Assembly (NCBI GenBank): GCA_965197475.1
Contig: CBDANF010000002.1
Location: 448,001-512,000 of the forward strand
Length of the DNA stretch: 64,000 nt
Reading direction: 5' to 3'
Source: Candidatus Poribacteria bacterium
GTDB taxonomy: Bacteria; Poribacteria; WGA-4E; WGA-3G
In this document: piece after piece, positions 1 through 10,195 of the stretch
How positions within the stretch are numbered: the stretch's first letter is position 1
Layout: the number at the start of each line of letters is the position of its first letter
The notes under the pieces: model-generated
Told to the model about the DNA's origin: nothing
Database searches by the model: none
The model's input: the letters and a program-made list of their open reading frames with translations, nothing else
Position numbers and translations under genes: made by a program

Positions 1-2350
1 CAAAATCGGGGATGTCACGTTGATAATTGACATGTATGTATTTGGAGTTATTTCGGCGTCTGCTTGAAATTTCGCTTTCGTTTAACCAACCAATTTGGAC
101 AGCAAGGTTATCAAGGATGTCATATTTTGCTTTGAGGTGATAACCCTGACGGTCTATCCCGTATTCGTATTGGGGTTCAAAGTCATCCTCAATCGAATCA
201 AAGGTGCCGTTATTATTTTGATCAATAGCGTTGCTAAACACAGGTGGGTCAGCATCAAAAATAAGAAAATCTTCTTGATAGTCTAATACTCCGTTCTGAT
301 CCCGGTCATCAGCACGCGGAATTAGTCCATCAAAGTCAATGTCATCGGGCCAATCATCGTCATCATCGTCATCTTCAATGAGTGTATAACTGGTAGCGTC
401 CCATGGAGTTTGTTCTTCTGGAATTCGTTCTTCCAAAGGTATATCATTTCTCCCTCTTTCAAGTGTGAAAATTTGACCACGGTTCGGATGTGCCCCAAAA
501 TTCAGGTAGTTGGTTGTGTAGCCTGGGTCAATATGATACAAAACACCTTCTAAGTGGAGTTTGTCAAAGCGAGACTCAAGTTGGATGAACCATGCCGTTT
601 CTCTACCAAGTTTTCCGTTGCCACCTTCATCTGTCCCGTCACCCCCTAAAATAGCCTCAAAACGTTCACCTTCGGTTTCCGAGTAGGTGGGGATGCCATT
701 TCTGTCTACTGGGAGTCCGCTGTTATCAATAGAAACACCTGTTGGTTCCTCACCATCGCGAGTCTGGATAGTAGTTTTGGTTCGACTAAATCCTACTTTA
801 TCTTTGGGGATAGTAGGATACTGTTTGTATTTACCATTAATAGAGTAGTGTGTCCTGACGAAAACATTGCCGACAGTCCCTTCAAGGTCAAGTCCGTAAA
901 GAGCAGCAGCACGTGCGGCACCATAGCGGTATCGGATTTTCCGAGGTCTCCCCTCACCTTTCCATTTACTGGGATTGTCTATAAGTTTTTCCCTGTTTTT
1001 GGTGTAATTTGGAGATTGACCGTAATTCCCCGGAGCCTGAATTATATCACGATACGGTATCTGAATGTGACCATCTTCAGTTTTAATCCACTCTTGTAGT
1101 TCGGGGTTTGACACCGCTTTATTTGCTTCACTAAATCCAATTACAGCGATGTTGTAATCGCCAGCAACAACCATCTCAAATACAACGGATTTGACTGTTC
1201 TCGGGTCAATGTTTATCCTCTCATCAGAAAGAATAAGGTCATATTTCATTTTATTGAAACCTTTGACAATTTTCCACCTCCCATCTACGGAATCATGTAT
1301 CTCTGATGGTCCTCCAGCGTGATCAACCGGCACAAGCTGGTCAGCATAAACTTCAAATTGACGAGTCTTTTTCGGTAGAAGTTTGGGTTTAATACTTTCT
1401 TTTATATCTTCAGGGATCAATTCTTCAAGTTCTTGTGTAATGATCGTAATCTTCATGCTTTTAAAAGCTGCACCGACACCATCTTGGATATTATCGCTAT
1501 GTCTGTCAGGATCATAACCATCAAAATCAGTGAAGGCACTCATGTGATTATCCTCAGGCGAGTCATCACGGAAAACAACTGAGATTGTTTCCGGGGGTGT
1601 ATTGGCTACAGTCCCCATTAATGAATTTATTACGCGTTCCGGATGTTCTCTATGCAAATTTACATAAGTAAATCCGACGCGGAACATTTCGCCTAAAAGT
1701 CCCTGACTGCGAAAACCGATGAGTCGTGTGTTTTCAATGTTCCTGACACCGGTCAATAGGTTCAACCCGTTTTGGCGGCCAAGATCCCGTCCGAGTCTTT
1801 GCATTGCTGCAGAATCTGTTATTTTAATAGAATTAGAAATACGTGAGTGGATGAGGGAAAAGAGATGGTGCTCTTGGGCAAAAGAAATATCCCACCGAAG
1901 CCCATCAAACTCAGTTTTGTATATAACATATCGGTTTGGAAACAGGGTAGCAGGTTTGAGCCGTATGTGATCGCCAATAGCAAACTCAGAAAATCTACCA
2001 AGAAAGGTATTTTCAACCAAGATGGTCCGGTCCAATTGCGCTGTGAAACGTAGACTATCAAGCTGACCTCCCCAGCCAACAATTAATTTACCGTTCTTAT
2101 CAAATTCTTTCTGATCAACGTACTTATTAAGTTCGCTGCCTTCCATAATCTTTTTACCATAAAGGTCATAGAAGTGTTGCGGGTTTTCTTCCATTTGGAA
2201 TCTATCTGAAAATTTAGCCTCCCCATCAATTGAAGGCAAGAGGGGTTTATGCGGTCCGAGACTTTCCGCGCCACAACCGTAGAACACAGACGTACTAAAG
2301 ATGCAAGTCACTACAAGTAAAGAATTAATCTCGCGTTTTAACTTGTTCAT
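1..2350 (-). CDS. Large secreted lipoprotein with Asp-rich Ca-binding-like repeats; partial, runs off the window start (at least 783 aa)
   Basis: Read manually, absent from the ORF track because there is no stop in the window. ATG at 2350 gives MNKLKREINSLLVVTCIFSTSVFYGC (lipobox-like). The same frame is still open at position 1 (...NSKYIHVNYQRDIPDF). Contains DDDDDDDWPDDIDFDG, DRDQNGVLDYQED and DQNNNGTFDSIEDD. Confidence 0.85.
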   Translation of the reverse strand, partial: MNKLKREINSLLVVTCIFSTSVFYGCGAESLGPHKPLLPSIDGEAKFSDRFQMEENPQHFYDLYGKKIMEGSELNKYVDQKEFDKNGKLIVGWGGQLDSLRFTAQLDRTILVENTFLGRFSEFAIGDHIRLKPATLFPNRYVIYKTEFDGLRWDISFAQEHHLFSLIHSRISNSIKITDSAAMQRLGRDLGRQNGLNLLTGVRNIENTRLIGFRSQGLLGEMFRVGFTYVNLHREHPERVINSLMGTVANTPPETISVVFRDDSPEDNHMSAFTDFDGYDPDRHSDNIQDGVGAAFKSMKITIITQELEELIPEDIKESIKPKLLPKKTRQFEVYADQLVPVDHAGGPSEIHDSVDGRWKIVKGFNKMKYDLILSDERINIDPRTVKSVVFEMVVAGDYNIAVIGFSEANKAVSNPELQEWIKTEDGHIQIPYRDIIQAPGNYGQSPNYTKNREKLIDNPSKWKGEGRPRKIRYRYGAARAAALYGLDLEGTVGNVFVRTHYSINGKYKQYPTIPKDKVGFSRTKTTIQTRDGEEPTGVSIDNSGLPVDRNGIPTYSETEGERFEAILGGDGTDEGGNGKLGRETAWFIQLESRFDKLHLEGVLYHIDPGYTTNYLNFGAHPNRGQIFTLERGRNDIPLEERIPEEQTPWDATSYTLIEDDDDDDDWPDDIDFDGLIPRADDRDQNGVLDYQEDFLIFDADPPVFSNAIDQNNNGTFDSIEDDFEPQYEYGIDRQGYHLKAKYDILDNLAVQIGWLNESEISSRRRNNSKYIHVNYQRDIPDF

Positions 2351-2510
2351 TAGTTTTATGTTCCTTCTTAGTAACGAATTACTAAAGTTTGAACAATTTA
2401 CATGCTATTCAAGTAAACTTCTTAAGAACCGGTGTCTACCTTCAAAAACTTGTGGTATTTTCTGCGATTTGCTGACTGAAAGAAACTCGTAGAAAATACA
2501 TATTGGCAGC

Positions 2511-2589
2511 AGCCCCAGTGGGGCGGAATGTGTATAGAAACGCAGGTAAACGACCCTTCTTAGCCCCAGCGGGGTGACAGGTGTCCAGC
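2511..2589. repeat. Pair of REP-like units (AGCCCCAG.GGGG.G...GTGT)
   Basis: agccccagtggggcggaatgtgtatag and agccccagcggggtgacaggtgtccagc; related units recur at 40560-40750. Confidence 0.65.
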
Positions 2590-2673
2590 ATTTTTGACTT
2601 TATAGACCTAATAGTCTCTCAGCAAGTCCACTTGAACAGCGTGTAAATTGTCCAAACTATACTAATAATAAGC

Positions 2674-2719
2674 TGCACAAGTACGTGCAATCCGTACTAA
2701 CGTTGCGCGTACTTGTGCA
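2674..2719. promoter_or_regulatory. Inverted repeat made of two TGCAC-N6-GTGCA-like sites (operator/enhancer or hairpin)
   Basis: tgcacaagtacgtgca-N14-tgcgcgtacttgtgca; same architecture at 6721-6767. Confidence 0.5.
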
Positions 2720-2805
2720 TTCATTAACCACAATCGCTGTTCTATCTATCAAATAGGTGAGGTTGCAACCATTGCTGTAAAGAAGTAGCAACTCGTCAAA
2801 CTATC

Positions 2806-5081
2806 TCATTTCCTGATAAGCATTTTGCGTATAGCGGAGAAGTCTCCAGCATTGATGGTATAAAGATAGACACCGCTACTCACCGGTTCCCCTTTGTCAT
2901 TACGTCCATCCCAGTAAACCGCTTCTGATTGTGAGGAATAGTCACCCGCAGACATTATCCCTGGCGATAGAGATCGAACCAACTTGCCACTTGGGGTATA
3001 GATGCGGATCGTGACACTGCTCTTGTCCGTAAGACGGAATGGAATCCATGTTTCAGGATTGAAAGGGTTAGGAAAGTTTTGTAGCAGTTGGTTCCGTTTT
3101 ATCTGTCCGAGTGTAACAAGCTGCTTATCTTTAGGTTGGTCGGCGGTAAGTTCAGGTTGTGAAGATAAGAGTTTTGTCCCGTCCCATATCTGGATTTGAC
3201 TGGCTTCATTGAAAGATATTAGAACGGAACCGTCTTGACTAAAATCATAATATCCGGGGATAACGACATGCTCATGTGGCGTTTGTGTTTGCCAATCCCA
3301 AATTTGGAGTTCATCATCTCGTTTGGCAAGAAAATAACGACCATCAGCACTGAAGTGCCCCTGGTGCCACCCATCAATTTTCGTCAGAAGTTGGGAAATG
3401 TCTGGGAGTAGATTCCAGATATGAATACCGTCTTTTCCGGTAGCTGCAAGGACAGTTGTCCCCTCCTCACCAGATGCAAAGTCTAACGTTGATCCTCTAT
3501 TAGATTTTGCTTCCTGCATTGAATATAAATTGACGAAAGTGTCGCCATCACGTTTCCACAACAGTATTGAATATTGATTGTTCCCGCCATAGCTGGTAGC
3601 AGCCAAATATTCGTCATTTTCACTGAATGCCACCTTAGATAAAAGACATACTGAGTTGCCGTTTACATCAGCTTCAATTTTCTGAATTTTGTCGGGATTG
3701 TTGATGTCCAAAATGAATACTTTTCCTAAGTCATTCCCAACTGCAAGCAACCTCCCAGAAGGACTAAAGGCAATTGCCTCAGCCATACCAATGAAATGGG
3801 GAAACTGTATTTCAGCTTTACCTGTTTGGAGGTCTCGTAATTCAATCCAAGGGTCTCTGCCAATTGCCAATTTTTCCCATCAGGAGAGAACGCAAAGTTT
3901 TCAAACATCTCATCTTCTGAAGAAACTAATAGGTTCAACTTTTGTGATGGGATATCCCATGTCTTAAAATGTGTATGAGATACAGAGATAAAAGTCTTAC
4001 CATCAGAACTCAGTCCAACCTTCCAACTCGGATAATCTGCCCATACATTGCGCTGTTGCTTTTCTCTGGTATCCCATAAAACCTCTGCATCCCTATAGTG
4101 TAAGAGTGCCGTTTTCCCGTCTGGTGAAAGTGCCATCATGTTTAAATACCGAAATTCTGTGCCAAACGTGTCAATCTGTTGCCCTGAATTGATATCCCAG
4201 ACGTAGACCTGATCGTCCCAACCCTGCCAAGGTCCATGACCGGATCTTCTCAGACCAGAAGTCGCAGTCGCAACATATAGGTGTTGACTGTCCGGACTAA
4301 ATTGCATGCTTGATACTCTTCCTATACCACTTGTTTGTCGCCATAACAGTTGCCATGTTTCCATATCCCAAACATAAATTAAGGGTGAATCATGTTCAGA
4401 CGTTGCTATGACCTTTCCGTTTGGACTGATTGCCATGTTTTCAATCCTTTTCAGAACGGGCCCGTCAAAGTGTCCTTCAAAGAGCAGTTTTTCGACATTC
4501 CACACCTCAATATAATGTGCTGAGGCAACTATCAGATAACGACTGTCTGGACTAAAAGCCATTGCTTTATACGGCGGAAAATTTACACGCGCCATTTTTC
4601 CAATAGATTTACCGGTTTGCCAGTTCCATAGATGTATTTCACGTGCTAAATAAGTCGCGAATATAGGTTGCGTAGGACTAAATGCTGCATCGTTATCGTC
4701 AACGCGTGATGCTATCACCCACTTAGTAAGAAGTTCTTGGCGATTGACATCCCAGATGTTTACCGTTGTCGTTTTCGGATCAACAGTATGATTCAGAATC
4801 GCTAAATGTGTAGCAGTCGGACTAAATACCACATCACTGAAATAGGTGCGCTCGCCGAATTCATCCACAACCTCACTTGTATTGGGATCGACAAGCTGAA
4901 TATGTGTTGGAACAACACGTAGAATCTGATCATTAGAAAGAAAAGCGTGCTTTTCAGGTAATGGCTGTCCAATGGTGCCGATAGGTTCAATGGCATATAC
5001 AATGCCAGGCATGCAGACAAGGCAAATGAGTACGATATGAACTTGCAAGTATCGTATAAAAAAAGTTGTAAGTGTTTTCAT
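2806..5081 (-). pseudogene. Secreted WD40 beta-propeller protein with C-terminal FlgD-Ig/T9SS-like sorting domain, copy 1; one frameshift (real or sequencing error)
   Basis: Signal peptide, many FSP[D/N]G...WD repeats, C-terminal LLQNFPNPFNPETWIPF...WDGRND.GEPVSSGVYLY...RKMLIRK. ORFs 3726-5081 and 2806-3870 join (FSPDGKKLAIG) if the A5 run at 3871-3875 is A6, giving about 758 aa. Confidence 0.85.
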
Positions 5082-5230
5082 GAAGAATCTCCAATTTTGG
5101 GTTGAATTTTGGCAGGTTCCTAAAAGTGGTCGCGCTGAGGATAAACTGAATTATAGATTTCATCATAGTTGGTAAAATCTTCCAATGACCTGATAAAGTG
5201 CTTGGACGAATATTATCAAGTATGATTCCA

Positions 5231-6586
5231 CTGATATTTATCAAAATTCTTCATATGTCAATGTTTATCAATGTTTTCTTGGTATTTGTTCATGAAAATG
5301 CTCGCTGAGATCAGACAGCATCTGCCTCTGTCCTGAAAGTTTAAGTTGTCCTTGATGAAAGGTTTTTCGCACGGAGCGACTGACCTGCTGTATCAAAAGG
5401 TAGCTCATCACTTTCACACCTAAGTTCGCATACGCGCCATTCCGTCCTTTTAGGCTCATGGATGCGAGGTTTAGGTCTGTTTTTAGATACCGCCAATACT
5501 GTTCTATACCGTGGTGTTGAGACCATATCCGCAGGATTTCACAAGCACGGAGTGGTTTCCCGAATACGAGCATTGTTCGGACTTTGCCACGGTCTGCAAA
5601 GAACAACACCACTACTTTTCCAAAAGTTGGACTTGTGGCTTTAGTCCGATAGACCGGTTTATCGCACCCCCATTGATTGGAGAGGAGTTTGATCGACTTT
5701 TTATGCTCCGAGAGTTTCACCTTTTTTTCATCAATCGTCATCACATAGTTGCTTTTTCCGTGCACAAGGATCGTTTCAAATCCCATTTCTCGCAAGGTGT
5801 CAATCAAGTGGTGGCTGCCATACCACGAATCGAAGGTGATCGGATAGTTTCGGATATCTATTCCGGTCCCTTCAAAGAAGGACACCACTTCCTTGAACAT
5901 AGTGATGACACAAGAGGGTTTATCCGTGTTCCCGCGTCCTTGTTTGCTGACCAGTCGCATATTCAGCGGAATGATCTGATTTCCAATCTTTAGGACGATC
6001 CCCAATATATTTTGCCCCTTCATCGGCTGTTTTGCTTGAGAAGACCACCAATTGGATGTGTAGGCGAGACCCTCTCCATAGCGGAAAACAAAGGTATCAT
6101 CCACACTGATGACGATACGTAGACGCGATAGAGAAGCAGCACTTTTTGATACTGCCTCCTGTAGCACCTCTAACGCAATAGAACACCCGATACGCACAAA
6201 AAGATGCTGCCAGAGATAAAGACTCATCGTGTTCAGTTCCCGATATAGCCTCGTTTTCGGAATAGACAACGCATCCGCCACTTGATCCGGGTTAGTGAGC
6301 CCAAACAGATGGCAGGTTGACAAAAACACTAAGGTATGAACAAAATGCTGTTTCAAGGTCCGAAACTGTGAAGATAGAAGTTCTTGAAAAAAAGTGGTAG
6401 ATTTGATAAGCTGAGTTAGCATGAGATATCCTCCTAATGTTTGTTTATATTCAAATCTGTAATTAGGATGCTATCTCATGCTATAAAAGTCAAGGAAAAT
6501 GGACACAGCAAAAACGCATTTTCATGGTGCTATACCTTGTTTCTATTGATTATTATTAGGTTCAAGACCATTCTGAGAAATATCAG
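5231..6586 (-). mobile_element. Insertion sequence (IS701/IS4-like DDE), 1356 bp, apparently complete
   Basis: 17-bp imperfect TIRs CTGATATTT(a/c)TCA(a/g)AAT; 5-bp target duplication TTCCA at 5226-5230 and 6587-6591. Confidence 0.85.
5268..6422 (-). CDS. DDE transposase
   Basis: SVDDT, FDSWYGS and W...H.IEQYWRYLK motifs; lies inside the TIRs. Confidence 0.85.
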   Translation of the reverse strand: MLTQLIKSTTFFQELLSSQFRTLKQHFVHTLVFLSTCHLFGLTNPDQVADALSIPKTRLYRELNTMSLYLWQHLFVRIGCSIALEVLQEAVSKSAASLSRLRIVISVDDTFVFRYGEGLAYTSNWWSSQAKQPMKGQNILGIVLKIGNQIIPLNMRLVSKQGRGNTDKPSCVITMFKEVVSFFEGTGIDIRNYPITFDSWYGSHHLIDTLREMGFETILVHGKSNYVMTIDEKKVKLSEHKKSIKLLSNQWGCDKPVYRTKATSPTFGKVVVLFFADRGKVRTMLVFGKPLRACEILRIWSQHHGIEQYWRYLKTDLNLASMSLKGRNGAYANLGVKVMSYLLIQQVSRSVRKTFHQGQLKLSGQRQMLSDLSEHFHEQIPRKH

Positions 6587-6643
6587 TTCCAATATATGTT
6601 TAGGAGATGGGAGTCTATTTATCGATCACTTGTTGGTAACAAG

Positions 6644-6660
6644 TGCAATTTCCGTGCCAA
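6644..6660 (-). promoter_or_regulatory. Sigma54 (-24/-12) promoter
   Basis: Minus strand TTGGCACGGAAATTGCA matches TGGCACG-N4-TTGC exactly. Confidence 0.75.
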
Positions 6661-6720
6661 AAACAAATTGGGTAAGGAGCACTGAAATTCAACATCAGGA
6701 AGCCTCGGACATGAATCACC

Positions 6721-6767
6721 TGCCCAAAATCGTGCAACCGGTACTTGACGTTGCACAATTTTGTGCA
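6721..6767. promoter_or_regulatory. Putative enhancer (bEBP UAS), two TGCAC-N6-GTGCA-like sites
   Basis: tgcccaaaatcgtgca-N15-tgcacaattttgtgca, 60-105 bp upstream of the sigma54 motif. Confidence 0.55.
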
Positions 6768-6805
6768 TTCTCTGATCGTATACAGTTTTCTCAAACGGAT
6801 ACAGT

Positions 6806-9097
6806 TTATTTCCGAATAAGCATCTTGCGAGTAGCGGAAAATGCACCTGCCTTAATAGTATATAGATAGACACTGCTACTGACGGGTTCCCCTTCATCAT
6901 TGCGTCCATCCCAATGAACTGCTTTTGATTGTGAGGAATAATCACCCGCAGACATTATTTCCGGTGATAAGGCTCGAACCAACTTACCAGCCGGAGTATA
7001 GATGCGAATCGTGACATTATTTTTGTCCGCGAGTCTGAAAGGTATCCACGTTTCTGGGTTGAAAGGGTTGGGAAAGTTTTGTAGGAGTTGGTTCTGCTTT
7101 ATCTGTCCGATTGTGATGATCTGCTTGCCACGAGGTTCAACAAAGTAAGGTAGCAAAGAGAGAAGGTTTCTTATATCCCAAATTAGGTATAGTCCTCTTA
7201 AATCGAAATCATACGACATCACAACGGATCCATCCTGACTGAGAGAGAAAAATCCTGGAATAGGTGGATGATTGATAGGCCTGCTTGTCTGCCAGTCCCA
7301 GATTTGAAAGTTGTCACCATCTCGATTGGTAAAGAGATAGCGACCATCAGGACTAAATTGCACTGGACGATCTCCATCCAACGTTGTTATAAGTTGAGGC
7401 GCGTCTGGCAAAAGTTTCCAAATTTGGATTTCGCTCCACGGGACTGCTAACACTGTTGAACCGTCTTCAGTAGTTGTAAAGGCAGGGGTTGACCCGAATC
7501 CTTGTCCCGGCCAGGCGTATTGAAAGACGAATGTATCTGCTTCGCGTTTCCACAACATTATCCAGTATGTATAGTTGTTATTCTGACCTGTTCGTCCGGA
7601 CGCTGCAAAATATTCGTCATTATCACTGAATCCAAATTCCGCGTAATTTATTTTGGGGGGAAGTTTAACTTCTAAGTGAAGTAGCTGCGGTTTTTGTGGA
7701 TTTTTGGTGTCCAATATGGCAAGTTCATCCCAGTCATCCGACACTGCAAGCCACCTACCAGAGGATCCAAAGGCAACTTTCTCAACGGTACGAAAGGAAA
7801 TGTGGGAGTTGAGTTTCAATTTTACCGGTCTTAATGTCGCGTAGATCAACCCATGGATTCTTGCCAACAGCGAGTTTTTGACTGTCGGGAGAGATTGCAA
7901 ACCCCCGGAATTGATAGCCTTCGGCAGAAACAAGTAACCGCATCTGCTGTGAAGCAACATCCCACGTCTTAATAAAGTATGAAGATACAAAGGCAAAGGT
8001 TTTTCCATCAGGGCTCAACTCAATATCAGAATACCACAAGTACCTTACGAAATCTGCCCACACATTGCGCTGTTGTTTCTCTTTAATATCCCACAAGACC
8101 TCCCCATCCCGAAAATGCAAGAGTGCCTTTTGCCCGTCTGGCGATAGCGTTATCGTTTTTAAGTCATAAAATTTGGTGCCGAACGTATCAATTTGTTGCG
8201 CTGATTTGACATCCCAGACGCGGACCTGACCTTCCCAACCTTGCCAGGGATTGGTACCAGGATTACGCAATGGAATTCTCCTATTTGCAACATATAAGTG
8301 TTGACTATCCGGGGTGAATGCCATGTCTGAAACCCATCCTGAGCCATTTTCCGCCTTCCATAAAAGCTGTCGTGACTCTATATCCCAAACATAAATTAAG
8401 GGTGAATCACGTTCAGACGTTGCTATGACCTTTCCGTTTGGGCTGATTGCCATGTCTTTAAACCTTTTCAGGACGGCCCGTCAAAGCGTCCTTCAAAGAG
8501 AAGTGTTTCAACATTCCACACCTCAATATAATGTGCAGAAGCAACGATGAGATGATGACCGTCAGCACTAAACCACATCGCACTAAACGAAGGGTAATTT
8601 TCACGCGCCATTTTTCCAACAGACTCCCCAGTTTGCCAATTCCATAGATGTATCTCTATTGGTAAATAGATCGCAAATATAGGTTGAGTAGGACTAAATG
8701 CTGCATCATTACCGTCAACGCGTGATGCTATCACACGCTTAGCAAGAAGTTCTTGGCGATTGACATCCCAGATGTTTACCGTTGTCGTTTTCGGATCAAC
8801 AGTATGATTCAGAATCGCTAAATGTGTAGCAGTCGGACTAAATATCACATCACTGAAAAAGGTGCGCTCGCCGAATTCATCTACAACCTCACCCGTATTG
8901 GCATCAACAATCTGAATATGTGTCGGAACAACACGTAGAATTTGATCATTAGAAAGAAAAGCATGCTTTTCAGGTAATGGCTGTCCAATGGTGCCGATAG
9001 GTTCAATTGCGAACGCAACACATGGAATCCATACGATTTTGATTAGAACAAGAAAAACCTGAAAGTATTGTCTAAAAAAGGTAGAAAATGTTTTCAT
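6806..9097 (-). pseudogene. Secreted WD40 + FlgD-Ig/T9SS-like CTD protein, copy 2; two frameshifts
   Basis: Three ORF pieces colinear with copy 1. Missing base at 8475-8476 (GGGCC vs GGGCCC in copy 1) and an extra base near 7793-7795. Start ATG 9097 with GGAAGGA SD. About 763 aa when corrected. Confidence 0.85.
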
Positions 9098-9190
9098 GAT
9101 TAGTCCTTCCAACTTTCTTTTACAAGAATTATACCAACTATCTTGACATATTATATCTGGTTTCTTTTTCAAAATAACATCTTAGCTCCT

Positions 9191-9607
9191 CTAATGATTT
9201 TGTGAGTCTTTTTTCTCAGGATATTTCTCAACCAATGTGAAAAGTTGAATTGTGTCAATACGACCTCTTCCCATTACAGAATAGTGCGCAATTTTGATAG
9301 CATCCGTCTCAGCAACCAGCGAAATCTCAAATGGAAACTCAATAGTTCTTTTTATACGCGTCATCGGTTCCCAATTGTTTCTTTTATCGCGGACAGCAAT
9401 TGCAATATTTTGGACCCTACCAGTACCGAGAAGTACAATCTTGTAAACACTTGCTCTTTCTGGGATAGAATAAATAACCCCATAGGACACAATTTTTTCT
9501 GAGATTCTTTGATCAATCAGTCTATACTCTTGCTCTGTTAAAAGTGCGGCGCAGCTTGTGAGTGAGAAACAGAGTACCATCAAAAGTAGATATTTCAATT
9601 GAGTCAT
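9191..9607 (-). CDS. Small hypothetical lipoprotein
   Basis: MTQLKYLLLMVLCFSLTSC lipobox; GGAG SD; downstream of a sigma54 motif. Confidence 0.7.
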   Translation of the reverse strand: MTQLKYLLLMVLCFSLTSCAALLTEQEYRLIDQRISEKIVSYGVIYSIPERASVYKIVLLGTGRVQNIAIAVRDKRNNWEPMTRIKRTIEFPFEISLVAETDAIKIAHYSVMGRGRIDTIQLFTLVEKYPEKKDSQNH

Positions 9608-9676
9608 AATTCTTTCTCCGCAATACATTTGAGTGACAATTTAGACGATTCAACAAGTTCCTATATTCTAATGTAG

Positions 9677-9693
9677 TGCAATTCTTATGCCAA
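9677..9693 (-). promoter_or_regulatory. Sigma54 (-24/-12) promoter
   Basis: Minus strand TTGGCATAAGAATTGCA, GG-N10-GC spacing correct, about 70 bp upstream of ATG 9607. Confidence 0.7.
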
Positions 9694-9763
9694 AGCGGTT
9701 GAACTGAAATTGGTCTAAATGAGTAGGTTTTTACGGATACTGGCAGATAAATCGCTTTGTTAC

Positions 9764-9801
9764 TGACCAGATTCTGGACAGTACTGTTCAGAATCTGGTC
9801 A
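9764..9801. promoter_or_regulatory. 38-bp near-perfect palindrome; putative tandem bEBP enhancer
   Basis: TGACCAGATTCTGGACA-gtac-TGTTCAGAATCTGGTCA; each 17-mer is itself a near-palindrome. Confidence 0.6.
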
Positions 9802-9822
9802 TAATTCTGTTCAATATTTCAA

Positions 9823-10046
9823 GGGTGTGTAAAGTTTGTGACATTAAGCACCCAAGTTACCACCGAAAATGAAATGGCAATATTTTCATAGTGCGTTTAA
9901 CTTCATCACGCGATATCTATCATCAGGATAAGTGGCGGCAGTTATATTATCCGTAAGTTGGGCAGAGCACAAAGCGAAACCCAACGAAAATCCGCGTCAT
10001 CCGTGCGATCCGAGATTCAGGCAGTTGACCTTTTATTTACACACCC
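9823..10046. mobile_element. MITE (224 bp) carrying REP-like units
   Basis: TIR GGGTGTGTAAA/TTTACACACCC; 9-bp flanking repeat atatttcaa/atatttcga; internal gtaagttgggcagagcacaaagcgaaacccaac; same left end recurs at 39870. Confidence 0.7.
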
Positions 10047-10114
10047 ATATTTCGAATGTCTCAGAGCCATTCAATTTTTGATATTTATTCCGAATTAACT
10101 TGATTAGACATCTT

Positions 10115-10150
10115 CGCTCATGTCAAAAGCACTTACTCTTGACATGAGCG
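10115..10150. other. Stem-loop 3' of the LRR gene
   Basis: cgctcatgtcaa-N12-ttgacatgagcg perfect 12-bp stem; no U-tract on the 3' side for the minus-strand transcript. Confidence 0.45.
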
Positions 10151-10195
10151 GAAAAAAATAAGATGTCGGATCACTACTTTTGTTTAAGGTGACAG

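Noticed and set aside
95-2492. Short ORFs listed in the track for 95-2492
   Set aside because: Almost all overlap the long minus-strand frame 1-2350, which explains the region
6441-6945. ORFs 6441-6869 (+) and 6619-6945 (-)
   Set aside because: They span the IS end, the sigma54 promoter and the CTD gene end; no coding signature
2806-9097. Diversity-generating retroelement TR/VR pair
   Set aside because: No reverse transcriptase; differences between the copies are not adenine-specific and both are full genes
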